64,000 bases of DNA, from contig CM060732.1 in NCBI GenBank assembly GCA_030704615.1, positions 2,232,001-2,296,000 on the forward strand. Direction: 5' to 3'. Below, piece after piece: positions 38,897-51,649 of the stretch; the stretch's first letter is position 1; each line of letters opens with the position of its first letter. This DNA comes from Takakia lepidozioides (lineage: Eukaryota; Plantae; Bryophyta). The notes under the pieces are model-generated. The model searched no databases. It was not told the origin of the DNA and saw nothing but the letters and a program-made list of their open reading frames with translations. The translations under genes and the position numbers were made by a program.

Positions 38897-39990
38897 TTTA
38901 TTTTTAAATGAGGGGCTGAGAGCAACAGCAGTTGCTGCTGCTGCTGCTGTCGCCCTCCCTTGGCTTCCTCGGCATAAGCAAGGGGAGGGAGACAGCAGCA
39001 GCTGCTGCTCTTTCCCAGCGCCAATAAAAACAAAAGAAAAATGAGGTAGGTTGAGAGCAGCCCTTGCTGCTGCTATCTCCCTCCCTCGCTTCCTCGGTGT
39101 AAGCAAGGGGAGGGAGACTGCACCTGCTGCACTCTCCTAGCAGCAAAACAAAACAAAAAAAATGGAGGGGCTGAGAGCAGCTCTCAGCTCCCAAGTGCAA
39201 AAAAACAATAAGGAAAAGATGGGGGGGGATAAGCAGCAGCTGCTGCTGCTCTATCCTAGCAGCAAAACACATTATGATTTATTTTTAAACGGGGGGCTGA
39301 GAGCAGGAGCAGTTGTTGCTGCTGCTGTCGCCCTCCCTTGGCTTCCTCGGCATAAGCAAGGGGAGGGAGACAGAAGCTGCTGCTCTCTCCCAGCGCCAAA
39401 AAAAACAAAAGGAAAAAAAAGGGGGCTGAGATAGGTTGAGAGCAGCCCTTGCTATTGCCATCTCCCTCCCTCGGCTTCCTCGGTGTAAGCAAGGGGAGGG
39501 AGACTGCACCTGCTGCACTCTCCTGGCAGCAAAAAAATTACAATAAAAAAATGGAGGTGCTAAGAGCAGCTCTCAGCTCCCAAGTGCAAGAAAACTAAAA
39601 GGAAAAGAGGGGGGGTAGGGAAGATAAGCAGCAGCAGCTGCTGCTGCTCTATCCCAGCAGCAAAACACATTTTGATTTATTTTTAAACGGGGGGCTGAGA
39701 GCAGGAGCAGTTGCTACTGCTGTTGTCGCCCTCCCTTGGCTTCCTCGGCATAAGCAAGGGGAGGGAGACAACAGCAGCTGCTGCTCTCTCCCGGCGCCAA
39801 AAAAATAAATAAATAAATAAAAGGGGGGGCTGAGATAGGTTGAGAGCAGCCCTTGCTGCTGCTATCTCCCTCCCTCGGCTTTCTCGGTGTAAGCAAGGGG
39901 AGGGAGAGCACAGCTGCTGCACTCTCCTAGCAGCAAAACAAACAAACAAAATTGGAGGGGCTGAGAGTAGCTCTCAGCTCCCAAGTGCTC
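38897..39990. repeat. Tandem repeat, ~380-400-bp unit, ~2.8 copies, CAG/CTG-rich with internal hairpins
   Basis: TTTATTTTTAAA..GGGGCTGAGAGC recurs at ~38897, ~39277 and ~39676. Confidence 0.85.
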
Positions 39991-40199
39991 TCAGCTCCCC
40001 GCTCTACATATCATGCGATCATCACACTCCATGACACCACATTCCATTCAGCCATTTTGTTCAACAGTCCCTTTGCATCCTCATTTCGCATACACAGGGC
40101 ATGTCGGGCATGTAACTTACCTCCTGCACCAGCCTAGACAATCTCTTCAGTTGACCATCGGATATCTCGAGTTGTAGACACATCTAACACATGCACCCA

Positions 40200-41710
40200 T
40201 TGTTGCGCCCATCTGTCCTTCATCATCTTTCTAATCATCCCACCTGCCAGCCACAGCATGTATGTTTGAGAGCAGCACATAAGCTGCCACGGGCTCTGGA
40301 TCCCACTGAAGGATAAATTTGGCAGCACGTTCTGCCACCTCCACTTCACCATGAATTTGACAGGCACCAAGCAAGGCCCCCCACACAGAAGCATCTGGTT
40401 TGATTGGCATTTTTTTAATGAAGCCCTCTGCCTCATCCAATCGCCCTGCACGGCCAAGAAGGTCCACCATGCAGCCAAAATGCTTCACTGTAGGGGTGAG
40501 GCCATGATCTATACTCATGGCATCAAAGTGCTGACTGGCTTCATCCACTTGGCCCACATGACTGCATGCACATATAAGTGAGCTGAAGGTAATACCATTT
40601 GGCTTCAGGCCTTCTTGTTGCATTTGTTCAAATAATTGAATAGCCTCCGAACCAAACCCATGCTGAGTATATTCTGTGATCAGTGTGTTCCATGAGACCA
40701 CATTTCGTGTGGCCATTTTATCAAACACCTGACGAGCATCCTTCAAGCTGCCACATTTGGCGTACATGTCAACAAGGGTATTCTGCAAATTAATATATGT
40801 CGGAATTCCAGATCTGATGATGTCCATATGACCTGCTTGCCCTTTCCCAGGCTGGCACACATTGAGAATGCAAATGAATGTGACTCTGTCAGATGCCACC
40901 CCTTCCCGTTGCATTTGCTCATAGATCTTAAGAGCATCTTCACCACCCCCACACTGAGCATATCCTGTGATTATTGCATTCCATGAGACCACATCTCGTC
41001 TAGCCATTTTGTCGAACACTTGGAGCGCATCCTTTATGCTCCCACACTTGGCATACATGTCAAGAAGAGTGTTCTCCAAAACAATGTCTAACACAATCCA
41101 TGTCTATGATGTGAGCATGGACCCTCTTGCCCTTTTCCAGGACACCCAAGCTGGCACACGCATTGAGAGCGGTTGTGTATGTGACCCTGTCGGGTGCCAC
41201 CCCTTCCTGATGCATTTGGTCATAGATCATCAATACCTCCTCAGCATGCACATGCTTAGCATATCCTGAGATCATCATCGTCCACGTGAATATATTTCGT
41301 TGAGGCATTTCATCAAACACTTGTCGTGCATCCACTAGGCTCCCACACTTGGCATACATATTAATGAGATTGGTAACTACAAAGATGTTTAACTTGAATC
41401 CACTGCAGACAATATGGGCATGCACCTGCTTTCCCTGTGACAGAGCTTTCATGTTGATACACCCCTGCAATAGAGACAGATAAGTTTTGGGGTCTGCCTG
41501 AATACCTGGTTGGTCCAAAATATGTAGTGCTTCTTGCAGTCTTCCCTCTTTGCACAGGGTCCTCATACCCCCAGAGGTGCCCTGCATAACCACGTTGACT
41601 CCCTCTCTCTGCAGTTTGAAAAGAGTGGTGTTGATGGTGGATGCCAAACCACAGATATCAGGTCGATTCCCAACCGACACATGAGCCTGATTCAACCCTG
41701 TCCTCATCAC
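40200..41710 (-). pseudogene. PLS-class PPR gene with E domain, frameshifted
   Basis: Repeated MYAKCGS..DA..VFD.M..R.VVSWN; CMVDLLGRAGRLDEA; WGALLGAC; AAYVLLSNI. Frameshift ~41090; early stop at 40231. Confidence 0.85.
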
Positions 41711-43859
41711 TCAACATATCATGGATATTTCAAGGAAAGTCTCGCGTTGAATAATCCTTCAATTAAATACTTTTGTACTCTCGGCCATGAAATCTATGAT
41801 GCATCACAGAATTGCAAGCCTCACGACGATCTTGTTTCACCCCAGCTAGTTTTGCTGCCATCAAAGGGGATGTAGTCCAACCCTTTAGTCCACCGCAGCT
41901 CATGTCATGTTCGTCGTCTCCCATCACTCACCACTCACGACACTAAGAAAAAAACAAATGGTGGCGTATTTAAGAGGAGCTTGAAACAAAAAAAACCAAG
42001 TCCCAACCCTCTCGACTCGCGACTAAAACGCGCCCGCAACCTATAGACTTTTGAACTTTTTGACTTTTTGAATCTTTTCTACTTTGTACGGTCCACTCTT
42101 AGATTACTACAACTTCCTACTGCTCATAATATAGTTGGGCCCTAGATGGCCTGTGTATTGAGAGCAGTAGGCTCTGTAAATTCACTGGATGTTAAAGAAA
42201 CTTTATCTTTATCTTTATAGTTAATTTATTTCACTATCCCTAACCAAGAGAACTAACGCCGGTTTCGGCCGGAGTCTTCTCTCTCTCTCTTTCCCTTTAA
42301 AGAAAAAAAGAAAAAATGACCTCATTTGTGAGCTGTCGCTCACATGTGTTCCCTTTCAAAGAAAAGGAATCCAAATGGACGATGGAGGAAGAAGAAGAGC
42401 TCCACAATCTGCGGTGTGTGAAAGCTTCGCCGACGGCCTCTGCAACTCCTCAACCCTAGCCCTCGGACTGGCTCTTCCTCCCCATCATCGTCTCGTTGTC
42501 CTAAACAAGCTAAAGCAGTACCTCATGAATCATCCCGAACATCATAACTTGGTGCCTTCGGCAGGCCCGATCCCAATCATCGGATCTATGCGGCTATCAT
42601 GACGAGCCTGTCCATCTTCATCAGAGTCGCATGCTTAGCCGTATGCTTCTCATATCACCTCTATTAATTCTCCCTAAAGAGCAGCCGCCAAGTTCATAAG
42701 TCCCCCCCCTAATCTCCTGCCAAACCATCCTGGCCAATCCGATCCCTACCTTTGTCATCATGGAAATGATCACTGCCAGCCTCCGGTTTTAGTTTCCTAG
42801 GAGCCGCCTTCACTAACTCACCCCATAGCCCCTACCTGCGCTCTTATCGCTGCATCAGCTAATCAGCTTTGGACCTCTGTTTTCAGCTTGCGCCCTTTCC
42901 GCCATTCCTTCTTCTCGGCTTTCCTCGTCTGGCTGGCCTTAAGTACCTGCAAGTTCGCAAACGACCTCTTTTTCTCGCAACTGTCTAGCTGCTTCAAGTT
43001 CTCCAGCTTCATCTCAATTGCTCTCTCCTCTTTCTCCTCCAGCCCCCTCTCCTGTTGCTTCAGCTCGCTTCCTCTCCATGGCGCCCCTCCTTCGCAAAGC
43101 CTTCAATTCAGCTACCCATCGCCTAGGTCAAGGCCCCAGATTTGCTGATCCTTGCAGGCTCCACCTGTCAACAGGGACATGTTTCTTCATTGCGCATCAA
43201 ACCCATTCCATGGGCCTCATTGCGCATGGTTCTTCTCAGGCACCACGTCCCCCACCTCACTACGCTCCAGGCCCTCCCTCGAGGCCCCCCATTCACAGAG
43301 CTGCTGCAGAGAATGCTTCCGGGCCCCACTCAGAATCCCCAAGCCCGCCTATTCCAGGCAGCCCGCCCACAGAGCTCTCGGAAGATTCCCCCTCGGACTC
43401 TTTAGCCCTGCAGTCTGCAATCGTCAGGGACCACCCACTCGTCCCGATGGAGCTCGACCAGATCGATTGAGCCCTAATGCGGCACCGCATTTCCCAGTTG
43501 AGTCGCAAATCTTTCCCGCCGATGACAGAATTGTGAAGTACTGCAGACTCTATTGGTGCAGACTCTATTGGTTCAATCACGGCAAAAGGGTCAGCTTCAT
43601 TCCAATGTTAAGGCATGTAAAACCGCGGAATACTCTATACAGGCCAGTATGCAACGTCCTTTTGCCATGGTATACTGGATTTCTCGTTGCACGGTCAATC
43701 ATTTCCATGAGCGGATCTAAAAAACCATGAGTGGACTTGTTACTGACGACATATCTTCGCCGCATTACAGGATGTGGAACTTCCAAAAACGGCAAGTTCA
43801 AATTTAAAAAACTATTATTTTAATACTTGTTTAATCTGTCGCATTTCCAAATTTGGAGG

Positions 43860-43967
43860 AGTCCGCTCATGAAATCCGCGTGTCTTAGACTTCGGCTCAC
43901 CGCTCATGCGGCTCATGCGGCTCATGGCTCATGGCTCATGGTTTCTGCTCATGAAATAGTAAACCTC
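43860..43967. mobile_element. Third terminus of the MULE TIR family
   Basis: GCTCATG tandem motifs ending GCTCATGAAATAGTAAACCTC, one mismatch from 53887-53907; partner end not found. Confidence 0.65.
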
Positions 43968-45241
43968 CCGCTAGTGTGGATTATAATTTTTCTATGTTAT
44001 AAGTGTTTTGCGTTTGTAATTTGTAACCAACAGTTAGTACTAACTCATCGACGTATTTACGAAAACAATAGTCCAGGAATAAACAATGCGAATGTATAAT
44101 TACCTTGGTATAAGGGTTATGGTTATGTTAGAGGAGAGATATCTAGTGTAAATATTAATTATTCAGTAAACAACAACAAATTAATTTCAATTAACCAACT
44201 TTAGTATTTCTTTTCTTTTTGAATAACTTTATGTATATGTTCAAAAGATAGAGATACTGATTTATTTAGTTCTTCCTAGTACCCATTAATCTAGGTGAGT
44301 CAAGAATATATAATTAATTCGATCATTTTGAGGAAAAGATCAGCCCAACAAACAATATTACTATAACCAAAATAAAATAAAAGAATCAAAACTAACTATA
44401 GGAAGCAGTGTGGCGGCTATTGAGATTTGAAACCCCAACCTTGAATGTGCAAACAAAATCCCTAACCGGTAAGTCCCTCAAGTTATATTCAAAACCAACC
44501 TGTCTATCTAAGTACTTACTAGGGCTTCGCGTTGCTCCGCACTACTAGCGACGAATTCTGATAATTATGTTCAATTTTTCACAAAAAAAAGGGCTGGGTC
44601 ATCCCCTCGGTGGTACATGCAAAGATCCCGTGTTTTGTTTTTTCTGGAAGAAAAATGGCGGATCTGCATTTCAACATTCAATTTTCACAAGCCGCATCAA
44701 TCAATAACAACATACCCAAATTCCTTTACATTCACTGTATGAACTTTCAAGCATCCACCATGGGATTGGATCTTGGTGGGTTAAGGCTAGCTTTTGATAA
44801 TATTCATGCAAGTTCATCAAGGGCTCCATCCAAAGCCACACCACGAGAAACAAACACATGTCCAAATTTAAGATGCTGAACAAACTTGTGCACAGGGCTA
44901 CCCCCTCTCATCAAGCTCATTAAAATTCGTATTCACTTCCATCTTGAAGCTTTGGAGAAGCTCCACCACCCAAACCCAAAATTAGGATAGCACTCTGATT
45001 TCCATCCACTGTCACCAGAATCAGTCAAAAATCACCCCTTCAGTCAAGTGCAATTATGGGCTGACTTCCCACCTATGCCGGGTAGACCCCACTATCATTT
45101 CTTGTGGATTTATGGCACGGGAAATGCACTCAACAGTACATCATGGTCAATACTTTCGGGAAATGGTGGATGGTGTAAGTAGCTAAGTCACAGATCAATG
45201 AATGAAGCAAGACACTCGCATCTTTCCAAGAAGACAACCTT

Positions 45242-47432
45242 TCACCAGTAATCACCACGAGAACAAATCACATCTTCAAAGTGGTGAAAGCGGTTAGCGT
45301 CCCGTACAACAATTGCTCGGCCAACAATCTTTGAGATGAATTTGGTGGAGGTGTGGCAGTCACCACACACTCGAAGATTCTTGATGAGACGGAGAGGCGT
45401 CCTAGGGGTCATGCTGATCAGCCCAAAACCAATGGCCAGCTTCTCACTGTGGTGGCAAAGAGAAAATTCTTTTTCCTCCTCCCCACATCATGCAATACAA
45501 AGCGCCTGTCAGGCACATACCCTGCCTCCTTCATCTTCCCAGACAATCTTCTCAGCTCAGCATGGATTTCCTTAATTCTGGGATGCAACTTGTCATCTAC
45601 AACAAAGGTATGCACCCTATTGCAAACCTCAATGCAGCAGCGACCTGGCTCTTTTTCAACCCCTCTAACCTTTATCATTCTTCTAACCTTTACAGTATCA
45701 ACCCACCTGCCAGGTGCAGCATAGATGTTTGATAGCAACATAAGTCGCGGCATCCTGTTCATTCCACTTGAGGATAGATGTTGCCGCACGTTGAGCCATC
45801 TCTACATTGTCATGGATTCTGCAGGCACTAAACAAGGCCTTCCACACCACAACATCTGGATTGATTGGCATTTTATTAATCAGGTCCACTGCCTCATCCA
45901 GTTGTCCCGCACGTCCAAGAAGGTCCACCATGCAGCCAAAGTGCTATACTGTCGGAGTGACACCATGATCTTGAATCAGGGAATTGAAGTAGCGTCTACC
46001 TTCATTCAGAAGGCCAGTGTGGCTGCATGCAGAGAGAACACATACAGCTTCACCCCGTCGCACATCATTTTCTCATAGGTCTCCAAAGCCTCCATCCCAC
46101 GTCCCTGTTGTGCATACCCTGCAAGCACCGCACTCCACGACACCACACCTCGTTCAGCCATAGTGTTGAACACTCCCTTTGCATCCTAGATGCACCCACA
46201 TTTTGCAAACATGTCTACCAGGGTATTGTTTAGAATGACAGTTGGTACAATTCCAGCTCTGAAGATGTCGCCATGGACCTCTTTCCCCTTTTCCAGAGCT
46301 GCCAGGGCAGTGTTTAGAATGACATTTGGTACAATTCAAGCTTTGACAATATCCCCATGCACCTCTTTGCCCTTCTCTAGGGCTGCCAGGCTTGCACGAC
46401 GCCACATCTTGTTCAGCCATAGTGTTGAACACTCCCATTGCATCCTAGATGCACCCACATTTTGCAAACATGTCCACCAGGGTATTATTCAGAATGAAAT
46501 CTGGTACAATTCCAGCTCTGAAGATGTCGCCATGGACCTCTTTGCCCCTTTCCAGAGCTGCCAGGCTTGCACACGCATTGTAAACGCACCCAAACGTGAT
46601 GTGGTCAGGCTTCACCCCTTCTCCCATCATTTGTTCATAAGTCTCCAAAGCCTCCATACCACGTTCCTGTTGTGCATACCCTGCAAGCATCACGTCCAAT
46701 GGCACCACATCTCGTTCAGCCATAGTGTTGAAAACTCCCTTCGCATCCTTAATGCACCCACATTTGGCATACATGTCCACCAGAGCAGTTTGCAGAATGA
46801 CATCTGGTACAATTCCAGCTCTGACGATGTCACCATGGACCTCTTTCCCCTTTTCCAGAGCTCCCCGGCTTGCACACGCATTGTAAACACAAACAAATGT
46901 GATGTGGTTGGGCTTCACCCTTTCGCGCAGCATTTGCTCATAGGTCTCCAAAGCATTTCTACCACACCTGTGCTTGGTAAATCCTGCCAACATTATGTTC
47001 CACATGATCAAACATCGTTGAGGCATTCTGTTGAACACTTGGTGAGCATCCATGATGCTCCCACACTTAACATACATGTTGACAATGGAGTTGAGTAGAA
47101 AAAAAAATTGACGTGAATCCACTTTGGATAATGTGAGTGTGCACCTGCTTTCCAGCTTCCAGACCTCCCATCTTGATGCACTTAAGCAAGAGGTAAGCAT
47201 ACGTATCTGAATTTGCTGAAATGCCTCCTTGGTTTATAGTCTGTAGAGCCTCTGCCAGTCTACCTGTCGCACGAAGTATCTTCACATGCCCAGAAGTGCC
47301 AGAAGAGGTATTGTGGACTCCCTCTCTTGATCCTCTTTCAGAAGCTGTGGCCAAGGATGAGGTGCCTGATTTCATCAACTGTGTCGCTGCAACTGCTGCA
47401 TTCAGTTGACCATCTACCCAGAGAGACCACAT
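45242..47432 (-). pseudogene. PLS-E-DYW PPR (RNA-editing-factor type) pseudogene
   Basis: PLS repeats; EPGRCCIEV; HHSEKLA; NLRVCGDCH; RDANRFHHF...GDYW* at 45242. Several frameshifts and stops. Confidence 0.88.
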
Positions 47433-47467
47433 ATAAAGGTGATATTGTCCGGCTTCAAGCCGTTCTT

Positions 47468-48500
47468 TTACATTCCTTCAAATAGTTGCAGGACCTCCCT
47501 ATGACAACCATGCTGGGCATATCCTGCGATCATTGAATTCCACGACACCACATTTTGTTCAGTCATCCTGTCGAACACTCCCTTTGCATCCTCGATGCAC
47601 TCACATTTGACATACAGGTCCAGCAGGGCAGTGTTCAGGATGACATCTGGTACAAATCCAGCTTTGACGATGTCACCATGGACCTCATTGCACCTTTCCA
47701 GGGCTGCCAGGTTTGCACAAGCATCGCAAACGCAAACAAATGTGATGTGGTTGGGCTTCACCCTTCCGCACATCAATTGCTCATAGGTCTCCAAAGCCTC
47801 CATCCCGCCCCTTGCTGTGCATATCTTGCAATCATCGCACTCCACGACACCACATTTCTTTCAGCCATACTGTCGAACACTCCCTTTGCATCCTCGATGC
47901 ACTCACATTTGACATACATGTCCAGCAGGGCAGTGTTCAGGATGACATCTGGTACAAATCCAGCTTTGACGATGTCACATGCATGGACCTCATTGCACCT
48001 TTCCAAAGCTGCCAGGCTTGCACACGCATTGCAAATGCACACAAATGTTATGCGGTTGGGCTTCACTCCTTCGCACATCAATTGCTCATAGGTCTCCAAC
48101 GCCTCCATCCCGCGCCCTTGCTGTGCATATTCTGCAATCAACGCCCTCCACGACACCACATCTCTTTCAGCCATACTGTCGAAAACTCCCTTTGCATCCT
48201 CGATGCACTCACATTTGACATACATGTCCAGCAGGGCAGTGTTCAGAATGACATTGGGTACAATTCCAGATGTGATGATGTCACCATGGACCACTTTGCA
48301 CCTTTCCAGAGTTGCCAGGCTTGCACATGCATTGCAAATGCAAACAAACATTATGCGGTCGGGCTTCACCCCTTCCCCCATCATTTGCTCATAGGTCTCC
48401 AAAGCCTCCATCCCGCGCCCTTGCTGCGCATACCCTGTAAGCATCGCGTTCCGCGACACCACATCTCGTTTAGTCATAGTGTTGAAAACTCCCTCGGTTG
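47468..48500 (-). pseudogene. PLS PPR repeat fragment (about three near-identical triplets)
   Basis: LNTALLDMYVKCECIEDAKGVFD repeated at ~300-bp spacing; frameshift ~47810. Confidence 0.8.
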
Positions 48501-48889
48501 TCATCCTTCAAGCCACAAAGACAACCAAACAAAGAAGGGGCTGGAGCAAAAAATGAAGAAGACATAGCGATAGTGAGGTTGGGGGCTAGAAGAGCAAAAC
48601 CTGCATATACCTTGTGGATCTCAAAGGTGGAAATAAAATATGGGTGGACCCAGCAACCTTGAACTCTGGTGCAAGATCTATCATTCTTTCATAAAACATT
48701 TTCCCATCTACTTGGAGGTGGGATTGGAAAATACTACAAATGTGCAGCTAGTCAGAATTGTACCTGTCCTTGAAGTAGGCATTATATGAAGGTATATTTG
48801 TGAAGGTATGCAAAAAGCAGTCAAGATGACAAGAGATTTTGGTACAACCAGAAAACAATCTCAACAAGTCAATTGTGGTCATAAGATAC

Positions 48890-48988
48890 CTTTTTCCAGT
48901 CTCTGCCATATTTCCGAAATGCTTGATAGAAGAGCTCCAGGTCCTCTTTGCTTCAGGGAGGTCCAAGCATGTCCGACAATTTGCGCTT
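48890..48988 (-). pseudogene. ALWAYS EARLY (LIN9-like) N-terminal SANT exon fragment
   Basis: CAG|[32 protein letters not shown]|GT; conserved Trp replaced by TGA. Confidence 0.7.
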
Positions 48989-49651
48989 CTGATCACCAGC
49001 CCGCCCACTCACCTCAATCCCATAACTAGCATTCAAGCAACATCCAAAATTGGATTTCACTCTTGCTCACGTTGGGTGTGCTACCCATCTGCCCAGTCCC
49101 AATGGCACCATTGCTCTTGGATATGGAATTTCGCCGGGATCCAACAACCTGCAACCTGACATCACTAGAATCAGGCAAATTGTTCAATTGAATGCCTTTG
49201 ATGAGGATGGATCTATAGGCAAAAACAGAAAGAGAAGAGGTATGCTTGCCCTACTTTGATATTCTGTGTCCCCTTCAACAGCGGAAGGACAAAGGTGTGA
49301 AGGGTTGGGGCTTCCAGTGCAAGTGCTCTCGCTGCCTTCTGGAGGAAGGCATGCAGCCAAATCTAGCCAAGGTGACCACAATTCACCATATCCGTGAGTC
49401 AGATCGATGACACGGGGGGTTGCTATTTCATGAGCGGCATGAGCATGAGCGGAAAAAAAAAAAGCATGAGCGGAGCGGACCATTGTGTGTCCACGGAAAT
49501 AGGGTTAGGAGGCACGGAAATAGGGTCATATGAAGTTGGAATTTGGCACCAGTGGACTCGTCATAGCAATGAAATGCAACATTTTATTGCAAATTTTGTG
49601 GCAAGCCACATCTATACAAGTGTGTTGTAACTGTCATAGCCGGAATGGGCA

Positions 49652-51624
49652 CTACTCTCCTACACCCTCCGAGGAACTTGCCCCGCCTTCCTCCTCATCC
49701 CCCTCATCCCCCCCATCCTCCGAGCTCTGTGATGCATCAGTTCCACTATGCCTCTCAAAAATTCCGTCCTCTCCTTCGGGGACTGTCCACCTCACCTCCT
49801 GGGAATCTTCTACCTCTTCTCCCCCACTTTCCTCAGTAGAATCCAAAACAAATCTACGAGCCTGACGGGCTCTAATAGCTATTGCCTCCTCCCTCATCTT
49901 CATTTTCTTGAGGCTTGCCTCGTCTAAAATCTGCTGTACACGACTAGGTTCGGAAGACCTCCTAATGGACACCGAAGCAAGCCGGGCAGCATAAGTAGGA
50001 AGGATGTAGTCCCTTTCTGGACTAGGCATGAAATCCCCCCTAGCAAAAAAAAACACATTCCTCCTGCCCATGAACTGCGGTGTAGATGTCCCTCTTGCAG
50101 TACTTGGCATCCTGCAGTAAGAACAAATCCACTTTAAGAATGTCAATACCAACAGAAGCAAAAAAGGGTCTTTCAATGAAATAAGAGAGCGAAGGGAGGT
50201 GCCTCACGAAATCAGGAGGCAACTTACAATGCGACCACTCACTCGTAAACCGGGGGCTCCTCGGCCTCGATCCCAACTCGTACCTCCCCCTGCTCCTTGT
50301 CGGATTCTTCCTCATCCTCCGAGGATGCCTCTTCCTCTTTCGGTAGACGTTCAGCTGCTGCAAGTTTGGAGTTGTGGAGGGCAGTATCTGGCTCGAAGGC
50401 GAAGACATGCCTGTCGGACAACGTCCCTGCCCACATTGAGGCACCTCAGGGACAAAGCGGGCGGTTAGTAGCATGCGGCATGCAATTGCAATCAGGCCAG
50501 GGGACAAACTGTGCACGTGAAGGCTTACCCGTGCCGCATGTGAGGTCAAGAATCCGCCCTTGGACATCCGAGCACGTCTCCATGAGGGTTTGGATGAAAG
50601 CAGGGCTCCGGGTCTGGCTGTACCACCACGGTTTGCCTGTCTTTGTGTCCTTCGGCATACTGGAGTGGGGCACATAGTTGTAGAGGACATCATAGGTAAC
50701 AGGGTCCACAGCGGCATCAACAAGACGACCGTCGTTGCGGAATTTGAACGTAGACCCTCTCTTCATAAAATAATATGCCTCAAACACCAATGTTTGCACA
50801 TCCAACAAAAGAGGGATCAACTCCAGGGTCTAGTTCAGATACACCACAATATGAAGTGAATGCAATAGATTGATAACTTACACTCTGGCCCTCTGTTCGC
50901 AACCCCTGCGTATTGATGCAGAACCATTTTTTGAGGAGGACCGGGGTGACACTTTTCGGTGTCCACCTTGCCACAGCATTGTCTGTGGTCTTCCTTTTTG
51001 TGGCAAGGACCACCATACATCCACCGTCATCCAGGAGCATCCCCGCCAGCCCAAACCCGGCTCTCCAGTAGTCCTCAGTAAACCTATTCCAGGTGGGCAC
51101 ACCATCCAGGCCCTCCAGCAGCTCCCCATTTGAAATATCGAGGAGAATCATATCGCAGGCTCTCTCCACCTCAACCCCACCCCGAGTGCTCTTGCAATCC
51201 GTGCTCACAGCCGTGAAGAATTCCATCATGGATTCGAAACCAGGGGTGTCTTTAGGCTCTGTACTGGGAGCCCTCTTCTTGGCTTTCCCCTTCTGCTCCT
51301 CCATAGACTTGTTGTGTACCACCTTCTTCGCCCTGGCAGCCAGAGCGTCAAGGAAGCTCTCATTGACACATTGGATGATGGTTGGGGGTTCTAGCTTTGG
51401 CCTCTTCGGAAATGTCACCGCCGAATACCGCCGTGTAGGCTCGCCCTCAAATGCCAACTTCTTGGCAGAGCCAGTCCCAGACCGAACTGACTTGGGAACC
51501 CGGACGACCGGTGATTTCAGAGAGGAGCACCGTTCCATGTGTCTTGCGTGGAAGCGTGCTCCCACCTTGGATGATGTAAATACACAATTTGCATGTATAC
51601 GGGCTTGGTGGACAACGTCAGGTG
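49652..51624 (-). pseudogene. Beta-class amino (N4C/N6A) DNA methyltransferase-like gene, 5'-truncated; exons 50882-51624, 50529-50793, 50243-50444, 49652-50111
   Basis: Spliced product has CDMILLDISNG (motif IV position), LLDDGGCMVV, FEAYYFMK, QTRSPAFIQTLMETCSDVQGRILDLTCGTGASMWAGTLSDRHVFAFEPD (motifs X-I-II). All three introns keep the frame; first acceptor is CAA rather than CAG. Confidence 0.75.
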
Positions 51625-51649
51625 CTGTAAAGAAATCAGACGAGGGAAC

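Noticed and set aside
44411-44480. Reverse-strand tRNA-like sequence
   Set aside because: Only a T-loop/CCA-like part is recognisable; no full cloverleaf
49652-51624. Bacterial contamination as the source of the MTase
   Set aside because: It has spliceosomal-type introns, sits within TIRs with a TSD in plant sequence, and has a second partial copy at 2969-3626
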